DNA from: Bacillus aerolatus
Lineage (GTDB): Bacteria > Bacillota > Bacilli > Bacillales > Domibacillaceae
NCBI RefSeq assembly: GCF_009183655.1
Contig: NZ_WEIO01000010.1
Location: 21,416 to 45,415, forward strand
Length of the DNA: 24,000 bases
Direction of reading: 5' to 3'
A program made the translations under genes and the position numbers. Within the stretch, counting starts at the first letter, position 1. Every line of letters starts with the position of its first letter. The notes under the pieces were generated by a model. It was given only the letters and a program-made list of their open reading frames with translations, was not told the DNA's origin and did no database searches. Positions 1 through 8,554 of the stretch are shown here, piece by piece.

Positions 1-51
1 TTTTGCAACACGTGGGCTTGTAATTTTTTTAGAACCTGGTTTTTTTGGCAT
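1..51 (-). CDS. 5' end of an unknown element gene that runs off the left edge (MPKKPGSKKITSPRVAK...)
   Basis: The reverse complement of 1-51 reads ATG CCA AAA AAA CCA GGT... with no stop. AAAGGAG lies 7 nt upstream of the ATG (complement of 59-65). Only 17 codons are visible. Confidence 0.35.
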   Translation of the reverse strand, partial: MPKKPGSKKITSPRVAK

Positions 52-104
52 GGCTTGTCTCCTTTTAGGGAAAATATGTTCGCATTTACAATTGTATGCT
101 ATTC

Positions 105-154
105 TATATATTGTGTCAATCGTTAAGAAAGGGATACTCTATATTGTGTCTCGG
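105..154. repeat. Two direct copies of TATATTGTGTC in a divergent intergenic region; candidate operator pair
   Basis: TATATTGTGTC occurs at 107-117 and 140-150, 33 nt apart (about 3 helical turns). The pair lies between the leftward gene (start 51) and the rightward gene (start 246). The second copy extends to TATTGTGTCTCGG, which recurs at 8902-8914. Confidence 0.5.
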
Positions 155-245
155 GGAGTTTGTTCTTCTTCAGAGTTTATCGTTCTTTTTTATACCTACT
201 TTCATATAATTACGAAAGTAACATTATTTAAAGGGGAGGATATCG

Positions 246-1073
246 GTGAGGGAATATAACGTACACGAAGCACTAGCTATTCTTAAGAAATACTATATAA
301 CTGATTCACAGCAAATGGTCACTCGATGGATAAGGCAGGGGCGGATACAAGGAGTAAGAAGTGATTATCGTAAAGAAGGATATTTAATTAGCGAAGAATC
401 TTTGTTTGATTTTATTGAAGAAGAAAGACCTGGGCTGTCGTCTGTTTATGAAATTTATGATGAGTTTATTAAAAATCTTCAAGTAGAGAAAAACAGGAAA
501 CTTGATATAGAGTTGGATATAGAAGAGATTCACCTTAAATTAAGAAACTTAGAAGAACAGTTACTAGAAGTGCAACAGGAAAAACAAATTGTAGAAATGA
601 ATTTAATTGAGCAGTTAGAGGAAAAGAGAGAACTTGAAGAAGAAAATGAATTACTTACTGAACTTTATGAACTCATTCAAGCTGACAATGAACAATTAAA
701 AAAACAGTTGAAACAATTGAATACGAGCACTCTACCAACAAAGCAAAATAAGGATTCACACAATACTAAATCTAAATACAATGTTTCTTACTCTGAATTT
801 GAACGAACGAGCACGGATTTGTTAGATGAATTAAATGTTGACTTGAAAGACTTAAGTAATCAAGAACAATTAAAAAAGGTTTACAATGAACTATTTGAGA
901 AGAATGGAGAGTTAAGAAGTGAACTTCTAGACAGTGGAAACATTATTTGTCCGTATACCAAGAAGTCACTAAAACAGGTAAAGAGGATAATAAATAATGC
1001 GTTACGACATCACTTTTCATCAGTTATGCGAGAAGATCAAGCAATAGAATCAATGATACAGGTAAGTGAGTGA
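246..1073 (+). CDS. HTH (excisionase/MerR-like N-terminus) plus coiled-coil protein; function unknown, possible recombination directionality factor or regulator
   Basis: The GTG start is preceded by AGGGGAGGA. The N-terminal HEALAILKKYYITDSQQMVTRWIRQGRIQG resembles excisionase-type HTH domains. The middle ~90 residues are E/K/L/Q-rich and heptad-like. A terminator follows directly. Confidence 0.6.
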   Translation: MREYNVHEALAILKKYYITDSQQMVTRWIRQGRIQGVRSDYRKEGYLISEESLFDFIEEERPGLSSVYEIYDEFIKNLQVEKNRKLDIELDIEEIHLKLRNLEEQLLEVQQEKQIVEMNLIEQLEEKRELEEENELLTELYELIQADNEQLKKQLKQLNTSTLPTKQNKDSHNTKSKYNVSYSEFERTSTDLLDELNVDLKDLSNQEQLKKVYNELFEKNGELRSELLDSGNIICPYTKKSLKQVKRIINNALRHHFSSVMREDQAIESMIQVSE

Positions 1074-1110
1074 AAAAAAGAGCTAACGTTATTCGTTAAC
1101 TCTTTTTTTA
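1073..1110. terminator. Bidirectional rho-independent terminator between convergent genes
   Basis: The stem GAGCTAACG (1080-1088) / CGTTAACTC (1094-1102) pairs at 8 of 9 positions. It is flanked by an A-run on the left and a T-run on the right. Confidence 0.6.
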
Positions 1111-1112
1111 TT

Positions 1113-2780
1113 CTATTTCACCATAAGGGAATGGATGAGAAAGTTCTTTTTTTGATTACAAAAAGTCGAAAAGAGAGTGTGAACTTTTTGGGAGTTGTCT
1201 AAACCTTTTACCAATTCTCCTTTAAAAAAAGCAATTGCTTCTTTATTATTGTATCTCAATTTTGCATGTTCTTTATTCTTTCCAAACGTATTAAAGGTTG
1301 GCAACATGCCAGGAGGACAATAAAAAAGTGGTTTTGGAAAATTAATACCATATGGTTCTAAATAGTCAATGTCGGAAAAGAGTTCATCATAGAAGTGACA
1401 TATATTTATGGGTTTCACGTATGTTAAAACAGCTTGATTGAATGTTTCCTCATTTGCTGCAAGTTGTACAGCTTTTCGAAATAAGTTGACTTGATTTATA
1501 TCTGGAACAATTGAAAGACCAGCCGCAGCTTGGTGGCCGCCATGCTTAGTAAGATACATACTTGCTGTATTAATCACATTCACAATGGAAAATCCGCTTC
1601 CGTTCACACTTCTTGCTGAACCTGTCCCCGTTTTAGAAATCACAATAGACGGCTTTTTGTATTTCTCTACTATTTTTGAGGCGATAATGCCAATGATTCC
1701 ATTGTGAAAATCTCCAAATACAACAATAACTTTATCTTTATAAAGTTGATCTTGTAAGATTAAGGTGTCTGCAATAAGCGCTTGTTGTTTAGTTAGCTCT
1801 TTACGCTTTTTATTTAGCCCAATTAAAAATGATATCTGTTGCTTGGTAGTAGTCACTCCAGTTAAGATATTCACCGCTGTATTTGGATCATCTATTCGTC
1901 CACATGAGTTGAATATAGGTCCTAATGTGAAGCCGATAGTAGAGCTATCTACATCTTTAACAGAAGTTTCATCGAAAATCCGTTTAAATACAGGAAGAGG
2001 GCTTGTATTCATCTTTTGCAGTCCGATTTTACAAATAACCCGATTTTCATCTTTGATTGGCATCAAGTCAGCAATAGTTCCTAAAGTAGCCAGTTCTACA
2101 TATTCAAAGAATGGGAGATCAAAATCCTTACAGGCAACCTGGTATAATGCTTGTACAACTTTTAAGGCAACTCCTGCACCTGATAGGGAAGTAAATGGAT
2201 AGTTGTTATCGTGACGCATCGGGTTAATAAAAGCTAGACAATCGGGATGCATGCCAAGTATTTCATGATGATCAGTTACTATTACGTCGATCCCTCTTGC
2301 TTTTGCAATACGCATAGCTTCATGTGAACTCGTCCCGTTATCGACTGTAATAATAAGAGACGTACCATCGCTCACTTTTTCCATTGCTTGGGCAGAGAGA
2401 CCGTATCCTTCGCTTCGTAACGGTAGTCGAAACGACACATCTGCTGTAAAACGTTTTAGGGCTAATAACAATATAGAGGTAGAAGTAACACCATCGACAT
2501 CGTAATCACCAAAAATAAGGATTTTTTCTTTTTGCCTGATTGCCTTAATAATACGAATAACTGCCTTTTTCATGTCATTTAACAGAAAAGGATTGTAAAG
2601 ATCTGTTTTTATGCTTGGTGTTAGAAACTTCGTTAGCTTTTCATAATCATTGATCCCGTGATGGAAAAGATAATGGCCAAGTATAGGATCGATAAGGAAT
2701 TGTCTTGAATGATACATTATAGATGGATAGTTAGGATGTTGTTCTAAAGGGATATCAAAATGACGCCAATTAACTGTCAT
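1113..2780 (-). CDS. recJ: RecJ-like single-stranded-DNA exonuclease (DHH/DHHA1 family), element-borne paralogue
   Basis: DHH motifs occur in RecJ order: ILIFGDYDVDGVTS, ITVDNGT, VIVTDHHE, and the DHHA1 motif GGHQAAAG. GGAGGG lies 7 nt upstream of ATG 2780. The 555 aa length is shorter than housekeeping RecJ and is reminiscent of prophage RecJ-like proteins such as SPbeta YorK (from memory). Confidence 0.85.
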   Translation of the reverse strand: MTVNWRHFDIPLEQHPNYPSIMYHSRQFLIDPILGHYLFHHGINDYEKLTKFLTPSIKTDLYNPFLLNDMKKAVIRIIKAIRQKEKILIFGDYDVDGVTSTSILLLALKRFTADVSFRLPLRSEGYGLSAQAMEKVSDGTSLIITVDNGTSSHEAMRIAKARGIDVIVTDHHEILGMHPDCLAFINPMRHDNNYPFTSLSGAGVALKVVQALYQVACKDFDLPFFEYVELATLGTIADLMPIKDENRVICKIGLQKMNTSPLPVFKRIFDETSVKDVDSSTIGFTLGPIFNSCGRIDDPNTAVNILTGVTTTKQQISFLIGLNKKRKELTKQQALIADTLILQDQLYKDKVIVVFGDFHNGIIGIIASKIVEKYKKPSIVISKTGTGSARSVNGSGFSIVNVINTASMYLTKHGGHQAAAGLSIVPDINQVNLFRKAVQLAANEETFNQAVLTYVKPINICHFYDELFSDIDYLEPYGINFPKPLFYCPPGMLPTFNTFGKNKEHAKLRYNNKEAIAFFKGELVKGLDNSQKVHTLFSTFCNQKKNFLIHSLMVK

Positions 2781-2952
2781 GTTCTATCCCTCCATGATAT
2801 ACCTTGACAGACCTTATCAATCCTTTAGAAAAGATTACCTTTAACTGTTTAAATCGAACTGAAAAAATTGTTAGGCGTAGTAGTTTGTCGTAACAGCTTG
2901 TGCCTAGTGTGTTTAACAGTGTTGTATATTTCATATTATTTGCTCCTATCAT
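2770..2952 (-). CDS. Small hypothetical ORF (60 aa) bridging the recombinase and recJ
   Basis: Its ATG (2952-2950) overlaps the recombinase TGA in an ATGA arrangement. Its 3' end overlaps the recJ start by 11 nt, suggesting translational coupling. No recognisable motifs. Confidence 0.35.
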   Translation of the reverse strand: MIGANNMKYTTLLNTLGTSCYDKLLRLTIFSVRFKQLKVIFSKGLIRSVKVYHGGIEHDS

Positions 2953-4409
2953 GGTGTTGTTAAGACAATTTCTATATTTTTGTCACCGTGTATAATTACT
3001 TTTTCTACTAAAGTTTTGATGAGTGACTTTGCTTCTACGACAGGTAAAGTGTCAATAGCATCGATGAGAGAGGAAATTTTTCCGTTCAATTTTTCCTCTA
3101 ATCCTTCTGTATTAATCGTCGTAGTCGATTGCCTAGTTTCAGCCTCTTGCACTATCTGCTCCATTCGGGACTTTTCTTTTTGAAGATCTCCTAATTCAAT
3201 TAGTCCAGCTGTGTAGGCCTCTACCTTACGTGCATAGCGGTTTTTTGCACTCTGTATTTGTTGATTTATTACTTGTTTTTCATCATTTCTCGCTTGCTCA
3301 GCAAGCTTAAATATATAAGAGGAATTCATTGATTTTGACAATCTTAAAAGTCCTTCCTTGAACCAATCTTCGACATCACTTGCATTATAAGGCTGGCTTG
3401 TACAAGTTCCTTTATTCTTATTAGCAGAACATCGATAGCTTCGTTTTCTATTTGTTTTAGGGCCTGTCCAGCTAATCGTCATCGCTGCTCCACATCTACC
3501 GCATTTTAGAAATCCCCCTAATAAATGCGGGCTTGTTTTTGCCCGTGGTGGTACACTTGCCTGATTAATTCTTTTTTGAACCGCCTCCCATGTAGACTCA
3601 TCAATAATTAGAGGGTGAGCATTTTCTACAACAACCCAGTCTTCATCATCTTTTTCAACTTGTTTGTTGCTACTTCTATCTATACGATTCCAGACCAGAG
3701 TTCCTTTATAAACTGGATTGGTGAGTAACAATTTAATGGAACGAATAGACCATCCTCTTTTTTTCTTAGAAGGAATCCCTTCTTGGTTCAGCTTTTTCGC
3801 AATACTGTAAAACCCCAGTCCCTCATTTAGATATAGATCATACACACGTTTTACAACTTCAGCTTCTGTTTCATTGACCACAAGCTCTTTATGTATGAGG
3901 TCATATCCATAGGGGCTCTGAGTGAGCCATTTTCCATGATTTGCTGCATGAAGCATGTTTTCAAAAACACGTTCTCTTATGCGTTCTCTTTCAAACTCTG
4001 CAACTGCTCCGAGGACCTGAAGAGTTAATCGGCCAGAAGGTGTATTCGTATCAAAAGATTCACTGATAGATATAAAAGACACTTTATTTTCTTGAAAAAT
4101 ATCGATGATTTCCAGGAGATGTTTTAGCCGCCTGCTTATGCGATCAAGTTTTGTTACCAAAATCTTTGAGATAGTACCTTTTTTAACTTCTTTTAACAAA
4201 CTAATAAGTTGTGGACGATCCATATTTTTGGCAGAATATCCGTCTTCTATATAAACGTGAGGGATCTCTGTCCAGCCCATGGCTCGGCAATATGATTTAA
4301 GCCTTTGTTGTTGTTCATCAAGTGACACTCCTTCTCTTGCTTGCTCATCAGTTGATACACGACAGTAGAGAGCTATGTTTTTTGTTTCGTCAGAATACTC
4401 GTCTCTCAT
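2949..4409 (-). CDS. Large serine recombinase (LSR-1)
   Basis: Catalytic motif ALYCRVSTDEQ, the KLDRISRR motif, a recombinase domain, the zinc ribbon CGRCG...YRCS...C and a coiled-coil C-terminus are present. The track starts at 4454, but ATG 4409 has GGAGG 7 nt upstream and gives MRDEYSDETKNIALYCRVS. Confidence 0.9.
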   Translation of the reverse strand: MRDEYSDETKNIALYCRVSTDEQAREGVSLDEQQQRLKSYCRAMGWTEIPHVYIEDGYSAKNMDRPQLISLLKEVKKGTISKILVTKLDRISRRLKHLLEIIDIFQENKVSFISISESFDTNTPSGRLTLQVLGAVAEFERERIRERVFENMLHAANHGKWLTQSPYGYDLIHKELVVNETEAEVVKRVYDLYLNEGLGFYSIAKKLNQEGIPSKKKRGWSIRSIKLLLTNPVYKGTLVWNRIDRSSNKQVEKDDEDWVVVENAHPLIIDESTWEAVQKRINQASVPPRAKTSPHLLGGFLKCGRCGAAMTISWTGPKTNRKRSYRCSANKNKGTCTSQPYNASDVEDWFKEGLLRLSKSMNSSYIFKLAEQARNDEKQVINQQIQSAKNRYARKVEAYTAGLIELGDLQKEKSRMEQIVQEAETRQSTTTINTEGLEEKLNGKISSLIDAIDTLPVVEAKSLIKTLVEKVIIHGDKNIEIVLTTP

Positions 4410-4530
4410 TGTTTTTCCTCCAAGTGTTATTTGTACATGCATATGAAAATACACAGGAAATCATGAAGAAAGAGATTTGATGGATTATCACTCTTTCATG
4501 TCGCATACACATTAACCAGGGGGGGAGTGT

Positions 4531-4761
4531 ATGGACGATTTGAAGGTTAGCTATCTTTTTGACAACGCTTCTTTTGAATGCTTATCAGATTTACATGCCG
4601 AAGCTAGAGAGAAATTATCCCCTATGTTTCTTAAATGGGAGAAGAAGATAAGACACAGTTCAGCGGTCGAGACATTAAATAAAGAACTATCAGTAGATTC
4701 CACCAAGCTCCTTACAGTTTCAGTTGAAAATAAAGAAGAGAGTCAAACCTTCAAAGGTTAG
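4531..4761 (+). CDS. Hypothetical protein (76 aa)
   Basis: A G-rich RBS (GGGGGGAG) lies upstream of the ATG, and the ORF is divergent from LSR-1. No motif recognised. Confidence 0.4.
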   Translation: MDDLKVSYLFDNASFECLSDLHAEAREKLSPMFLKWEKKIRHSSAVETLNKELSVDSTKLLTVSVENKEESQTFKG

Positions 4762-4783
4762 ACTCTCCATTTTTTTGTATGGT

Positions 4784-4820
4784 ATTCATAATTATGAACA
4801 GATTGTTCATTTTTATGAAT
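4784..4820. repeat. 37-nt imperfect palindrome between convergent genes (bidirectional terminator or operator)
   Basis: ATTCATAATTATGAACA-gat-TGTTCATTTTTATGAAT has 15 of 17 arm positions complementary, with a perfect inner ATGAACA/TGTTCAT. Confidence 0.4.
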
Positions 4821-4856
4821 AGAATTTTGTTTACTGGAAATAATACTAATACAAGA

Positions 4857-5186
4857 TTAACTTTTTAGAAGTAATTCAATTCCATTTTCTAAAGTTGAAA
4901 GAAGGTATTTTACAGCGTCGGGATTTTGAGTTTGTAGTTCTTTCATTTTTTTATTTGCGTGAGTGAGCCTTATATCAAGTTCATCCATGCTCTTTTTTTC
5001 AAATGGAAAGAGGTGAAGTTCGGTTTGCAATTTTTCTAAGAGTGATAATTGTATCGTATTTGTTTTCCCTGTCTCTAAATTACTAAGATATCCAGGGGAT
5101 ACACCTAACTTTTCAGCAAAGGCATTCAAGCTTATTCCCTTATTAGTTCTGATTGTTCGGATACGTTGCCCTAAATCGTATAGCAT
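4857..5186 (-). CDS. XRE-family (SinR/cI-like) transcriptional regulator
   Basis: The HTH IRTIRTNKGISLNAFAEKLGVSPGYLSNLETGKTN is typical of the XRE family. The gene is divergent from the micro-ORF and tandem LSR operon. Confidence 0.85.
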   Translation of the reverse strand: MLYDLGQRIRTIRTNKGISLNAFAEKLGVSPGYLSNLETGKTNTIQLSLLEKLQTELHLFPFEKKSMDELDIRLTHANKKMKELQTQNPDAVKYLLSTLENGIELLLKS

Positions 5187-5329
5187 CTAATACCTCCTGT
5201 TCGTATCTATTAACGTGTATGAAAGAATCAAATTGTCCTATTACGGTTTTATTCAATAAGTTTTCAGGGAAATCCTGCTAAACGCTTTCTCTTCTTTGTA
5301 TAGTATTAAAAAAGAAAAAGGAGAAAAAA

Positions 5330-5479
5330 ATGACCAAAAAAATGATAAAGACAGTTTCAGTCAGTTATGTGCATGATCCTGAAGCAGCAGAGAAATGGTT
5401 TCAAATCTATATGGATTTATTACTAGATGAAATGAAAAAGGACAAGTTATCTATCGAGGCCTCATACAATGAAACATAG
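5330..5479 (+). CDS. 49-codon ORF upstream of the tandem recombinases (MTKKMIKTVSVSYVHDPEAAEKWFQIYMDLLLDEMKKDKLSIEASYNET)
   Basis: Not in the ORF track (under 60 aa). A strong RBS, AAAGGAG, lies 7 nt upstream of ATG 5330, and the ORF stops at TAG 5477-5479. It sits between the Xre gene and LSR-2, like a Cro/Xis-position gene. Confidence 0.45.
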   Translation: MTKKMIKTVSVSYVHDPEAAEKWFQIYMDLLLDEMKKDKLSIEASYNET

Positions 5480-5509
5480 GAGAAGGAGGGGTTACTTCTG
5501 AAAACAGTC

Positions 5510-6985
5510 ATGTATGTTCGTAATTCCATTAGTAAGGAAAAACAAAAGCTATCAATCGAAATGCAAAAGGATCATGTAAATAAATTGGCCCAGAAAGAAA
5601 ATTTGCTAATAGATGATATATATAGCGACGATGAAACATCTGCTCGAAAGACAAAGGTGAAAGAACGAACCCAAATGTCTCGTATGTTGCGAGAAATTAG
5701 GAAAGGTGAGATAAAAACAGTTTTGGTATATAGCCGCTGCCGTTTCGCAAGAAACGTTCATGACTATATGGAGATATACCGAACTTTTAAAGAACATAGT
5801 ATAAAGGTGTTTTTTGCAACAGAACATGAATTCCCCATGTTATTTACAATCGAAGGGGAATTAATAGAGCGCATAATGGCTGCATTCAATGAGCACGAAG
5901 CAGAAAATCTGGTGAAGAAGTTAAAAGATGCAAAGCTCACAAAGGCAAGACAAGGAAAGCATGCAGCTGGAAAAATATCTTTTGGATATGAACAAAGTGC
6001 CGAAGAAGATGGAGATTGGACCATTATTAAGGAGGAGGCCCAGGTTGTTCAGGATATATTCAACTTATTTACAGTTACTAGGCTTGACAGCTTGAATCAA
6101 TTCGTCGAAATGGTAAATCAACAAGGACTAACTTACAAGGATGATAAACCATGGACCTATGGAAACATTCGTAATCTGCTCAAAAATCCGATTTATAAGG
6201 GGATACGTAAGTATCAGGATATTAAGGTTCCTGTTCTACATTTGCAAATTGTTGAGGAGCAAGTATGGAAAGAAGCTCAAGTGAAACTATCGACATTTAC
6301 CCGAGATTCATTCAAGGAGGAAGAAAAAGAAAAACCGTTCTTCCTGTTAGACGGCATGATACAGTGCATGGAATGTGAAGAAGTTCTTATTTCCAATAAA
6401 GCTCAGATGCGCGGGAAGAAGATAGAAGTATATCGTTGTAAAAATCATTCAAAAATTAAGTTTGAAAAAGAAAAGATAGAAAAAGAAGTGATGCTCCAAG
6501 CGAACAATTTCTTTAATGAAATTTTGTCACCTTTCTTTAAAGAGCATCTAAAAAAGATGGCAGAAAAGGATACGAAAATTTTTAAAGATATTGGGAAAAT
6601 GATTGAAAATGTTAGGAGTAACTTAAAAGATGAGATAGGAAATAGACTAGATGTTTTACTAAATATAGACAAAGTTTCTGATGTGTCACCAAGTATGATG
6701 AAATTGTATGAAGAATTACAAGAGGTTACAAAAAGTCATGAAACATTTAAGGAAAAATGGTTTGAATCAATCGAAACACTTAAGGAATTAGAGGCGTATC
6801 ATGATAGATATGATGATGGCTCCACAGTAATTCTGCATGAAGATTTAAACGGTGAAACTGCAAGAGATTTATTACAGAATGTCGTAAAAGGCATTTATGT
6901 GCATAGCGACAAGGAAGTAAGTATTATTTTTAAACATCCTTATCTTGAAGGAGTAGGAGGCAGAGAGATTATTGGGCTTAAATAA
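5510..6985 (+). CDS. Large serine recombinase (LSR-2), first of an overlapping tandem pair
   Basis: Present are YVRNSISKEKQ (Arg-x-Ser catalytic motif), VLVYSRCRFARN, the zinc ribbon CMECE...YRCKNHS and a long K/E-rich coiled coil. GGAGG (5485-5489) is ~20 nt from ATG 5510. An in-frame CTG at 5498 would give the more canonical (M)KTVMYVRNS N-terminus. Confidence 0.85.
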   Translation: MYVRNSISKEKQKLSIEMQKDHVNKLAQKENLLIDDIYSDDETSARKTKVKERTQMSRMLREIRKGEIKTVLVYSRCRFARNVHDYMEIYRTFKEHSIKVFFATEHEFPMLFTIEGELIERIMAAFNEHEAENLVKKLKDAKLTKARQGKHAAGKISFGYEQSAEEDGDWTIIKEEAQVVQDIFNLFTVTRLDSLNQFVEMVNQQGLTYKDDKPWTYGNIRNLLKNPIYKGIRKYQDIKVPVLHLQIVEEQVWKEAQVKLSTFTRDSFKEEEKEKPFFLLDGMIQCMECEEVLISNKAQMRGKKIEVYRCKNHSKIKFEKEKIEKEVMLQANNFFNEILSPFFKEHLKKMAEKDTKIFKDIGKMIENVRSNLKDEIGNRLDVLLNIDKVSDVSPSMMKLYEELQEVTKSHETFKEKWFESIETLKELEAYHDRYDDGSTVILHEDLNGETARDLLQNVVKGIYVHSDKEVSIIFKHPYLEGVGGREIIGLK

Positions 6986-8552
6986 TGTTATTGCACCAGG
7001 GATGAAAGCAGCATTTTATGGAAGACATTCAACGGATAAACAAAATATGGATACACAATTAAGAAGTGCTTATGACTTTGCCAATCATTATCAATGTAAA
7101 ATTATAGGAGAATATTTAGATGAGGCTGTATCTTCCCGTAGAAAAGAGAGAAAGGGACTTGAAGCTTTAATAAGGGATGCAGCTGAACAGAAATTTGATT
7201 TTATTATCATTTACTCTGCTTCACGCCTTGCGCGTATTCCTAAAGAGCATGATACATTACGCACAACAATGAATATACTAGGTATTCATATTGTGGAGAG
7301 CAGTACAGAAACTCTTTATAGTTATGGAGACATAGTTTATTCCTCAATAAAGGATGCTTTAGCTAAATATGAAATGGACAAAATCAGGGCATCAACGCGA
7401 GATTCCATTAAAACATTGCTAAATATGGGCCTATGGACAGGTGGAAGAGCACCCTTCGGCTATAAATACCATCCAAAATTAAGCAGGACAGGTGAAAAGG
7501 ACAATAGTGAGGCCGTAAAAGAATTTACAAAACATCTACCTATTGAGGATTCTATGGCCATACAAAGAGGGAAGTTTGAAATAATTGATCATGAGCTTAT
7601 ACTTGCCAAGAGAGTATTCTCACTCTATAAGGATGGATATGGTTTTCAACAAATTGCTGAAAAAATGCCTGCAAAAAGTTACAGAGGTAAAAATTGGGAT
7701 AAAAATAAAGTGAAACAAATTATTATTAATCCTTTCTATTCTGGAGTTGTCGCGATTAGAAAGCGTAATCCGTCTTCTAGAAGCTCTCTAAATGATCGAG
7801 AAGATTGGCTGATGAACAAGAATTCCAATATTCAACCCATTATATCTTTTAATGAATGGGAAGAGTGTTTTCGAATCTATGAACAAAGGAAGGAAAAAAG
7901 GCTTCCTCCAAATTATTACAAGACAAGTTTTCTATTGGCGAACCTTTTATTTTGCAAAACATGTGATCAAGAGTTAAAAGGAAAAGATCAACGTTCAAAA
8001 GGATATGGTAAAAGAATATATATTTGTAACGGGTGTGGCTTTAAGGTTTCAATAGACGATGTTCATCAAGAGGTCATGAATCTTTTCTTAAAAATGCAAA
8101 CAAAGACTGCTGAGCAGCTAGTAAAGACTGTACAGGAGAAAATCTTAAAGGACTGTTACGAAATGGAAAGTAACATAGCTGTTATTAGTAATGCTCTTGA
8201 GCAGGAAAAACAAAAACTTTTCAATCTCAATGAAAAAATTGAAAAAATGTTTTCATCAAATGGAGATGAAACCATCATAAAGTTATTAAATATCGGTAAA
8301 GAAACTCTCCTTGCCTCTATTCAGGATAAGACCAGTCAAATTAGTCAGTTGGAAAAATCTATTAAGGTTTTGAAAGATATTGATGCCAATGAAGAGTTGA
8401 TTAAAGACAAGATGATGGACTTTAAACGGCTTGTTGAGCTACCAAAATCCAAGATAAGAAGAATATATTTGTACTTCATAGAAAGGATTTATGTGGAGCC
8501 ACCTGGTAGGTTGGAGTGTAAATTCCGTATTAATCTAGAAGAGGATGTATAA
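6972..8552 (+). CDS. Large serine recombinase (LSR-3), second of the tandem pair
   Basis: Present are FYGRHSTDKQ, IIYSASRLAR, the zinc ribbon CKTCD...YICNGCG and a coiled-coil C-terminus. The TTG 6972 start (AGGAGG at 6955-6960) overlaps LSR-2 by 14 nt. The alternative ATG 7002 gives MKAAFYGRHS. Confidence 0.85.
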   Translation: MGLNNVIAPGMKAAFYGRHSTDKQNMDTQLRSAYDFANHYQCKIIGEYLDEAVSSRRKERKGLEALIRDAAEQKFDFIIIYSASRLARIPKEHDTLRTTMNILGIHIVESSTETLYSYGDIVYSSIKDALAKYEMDKIRASTRDSIKTLLNMGLWTGGRAPFGYKYHPKLSRTGEKDNSEAVKEFTKHLPIEDSMAIQRGKFEIIDHELILAKRVFSLYKDGYGFQQIAEKMPAKSYRGKNWDKNKVKQIIINPFYSGVVAIRKRNPSSRSSLNDREDWLMNKNSNIQPIISFNEWEECFRIYEQRKEKRLPPNYYKTSFLLANLLFCKTCDQELKGKDQRSKGYGKRIYICNGCGFKVSIDDVHQEVMNLFLKMQTKTAEQLVKTVQEKILKDCYEMESNIAVISNALEQEKQKLFNLNEKIEKMFSSNGDETIIKLLNIGKETLLASIQDKTSQISQLEKSIKVLKDIDANEELIKDKMMDFKRLVELPKSKIRRIYLYFIERIYVEPPGRLECKFRINLEEDV

Positions 8553-8554
8553 AA

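Noticed and set aside
50-259. 69-aa + strand ORF from the track
   Set aside because: It spans the divergent intergenic/operator region, has no RBS, is low-complexity and hydrophobic, and overlaps the starts of two better-supported genes.
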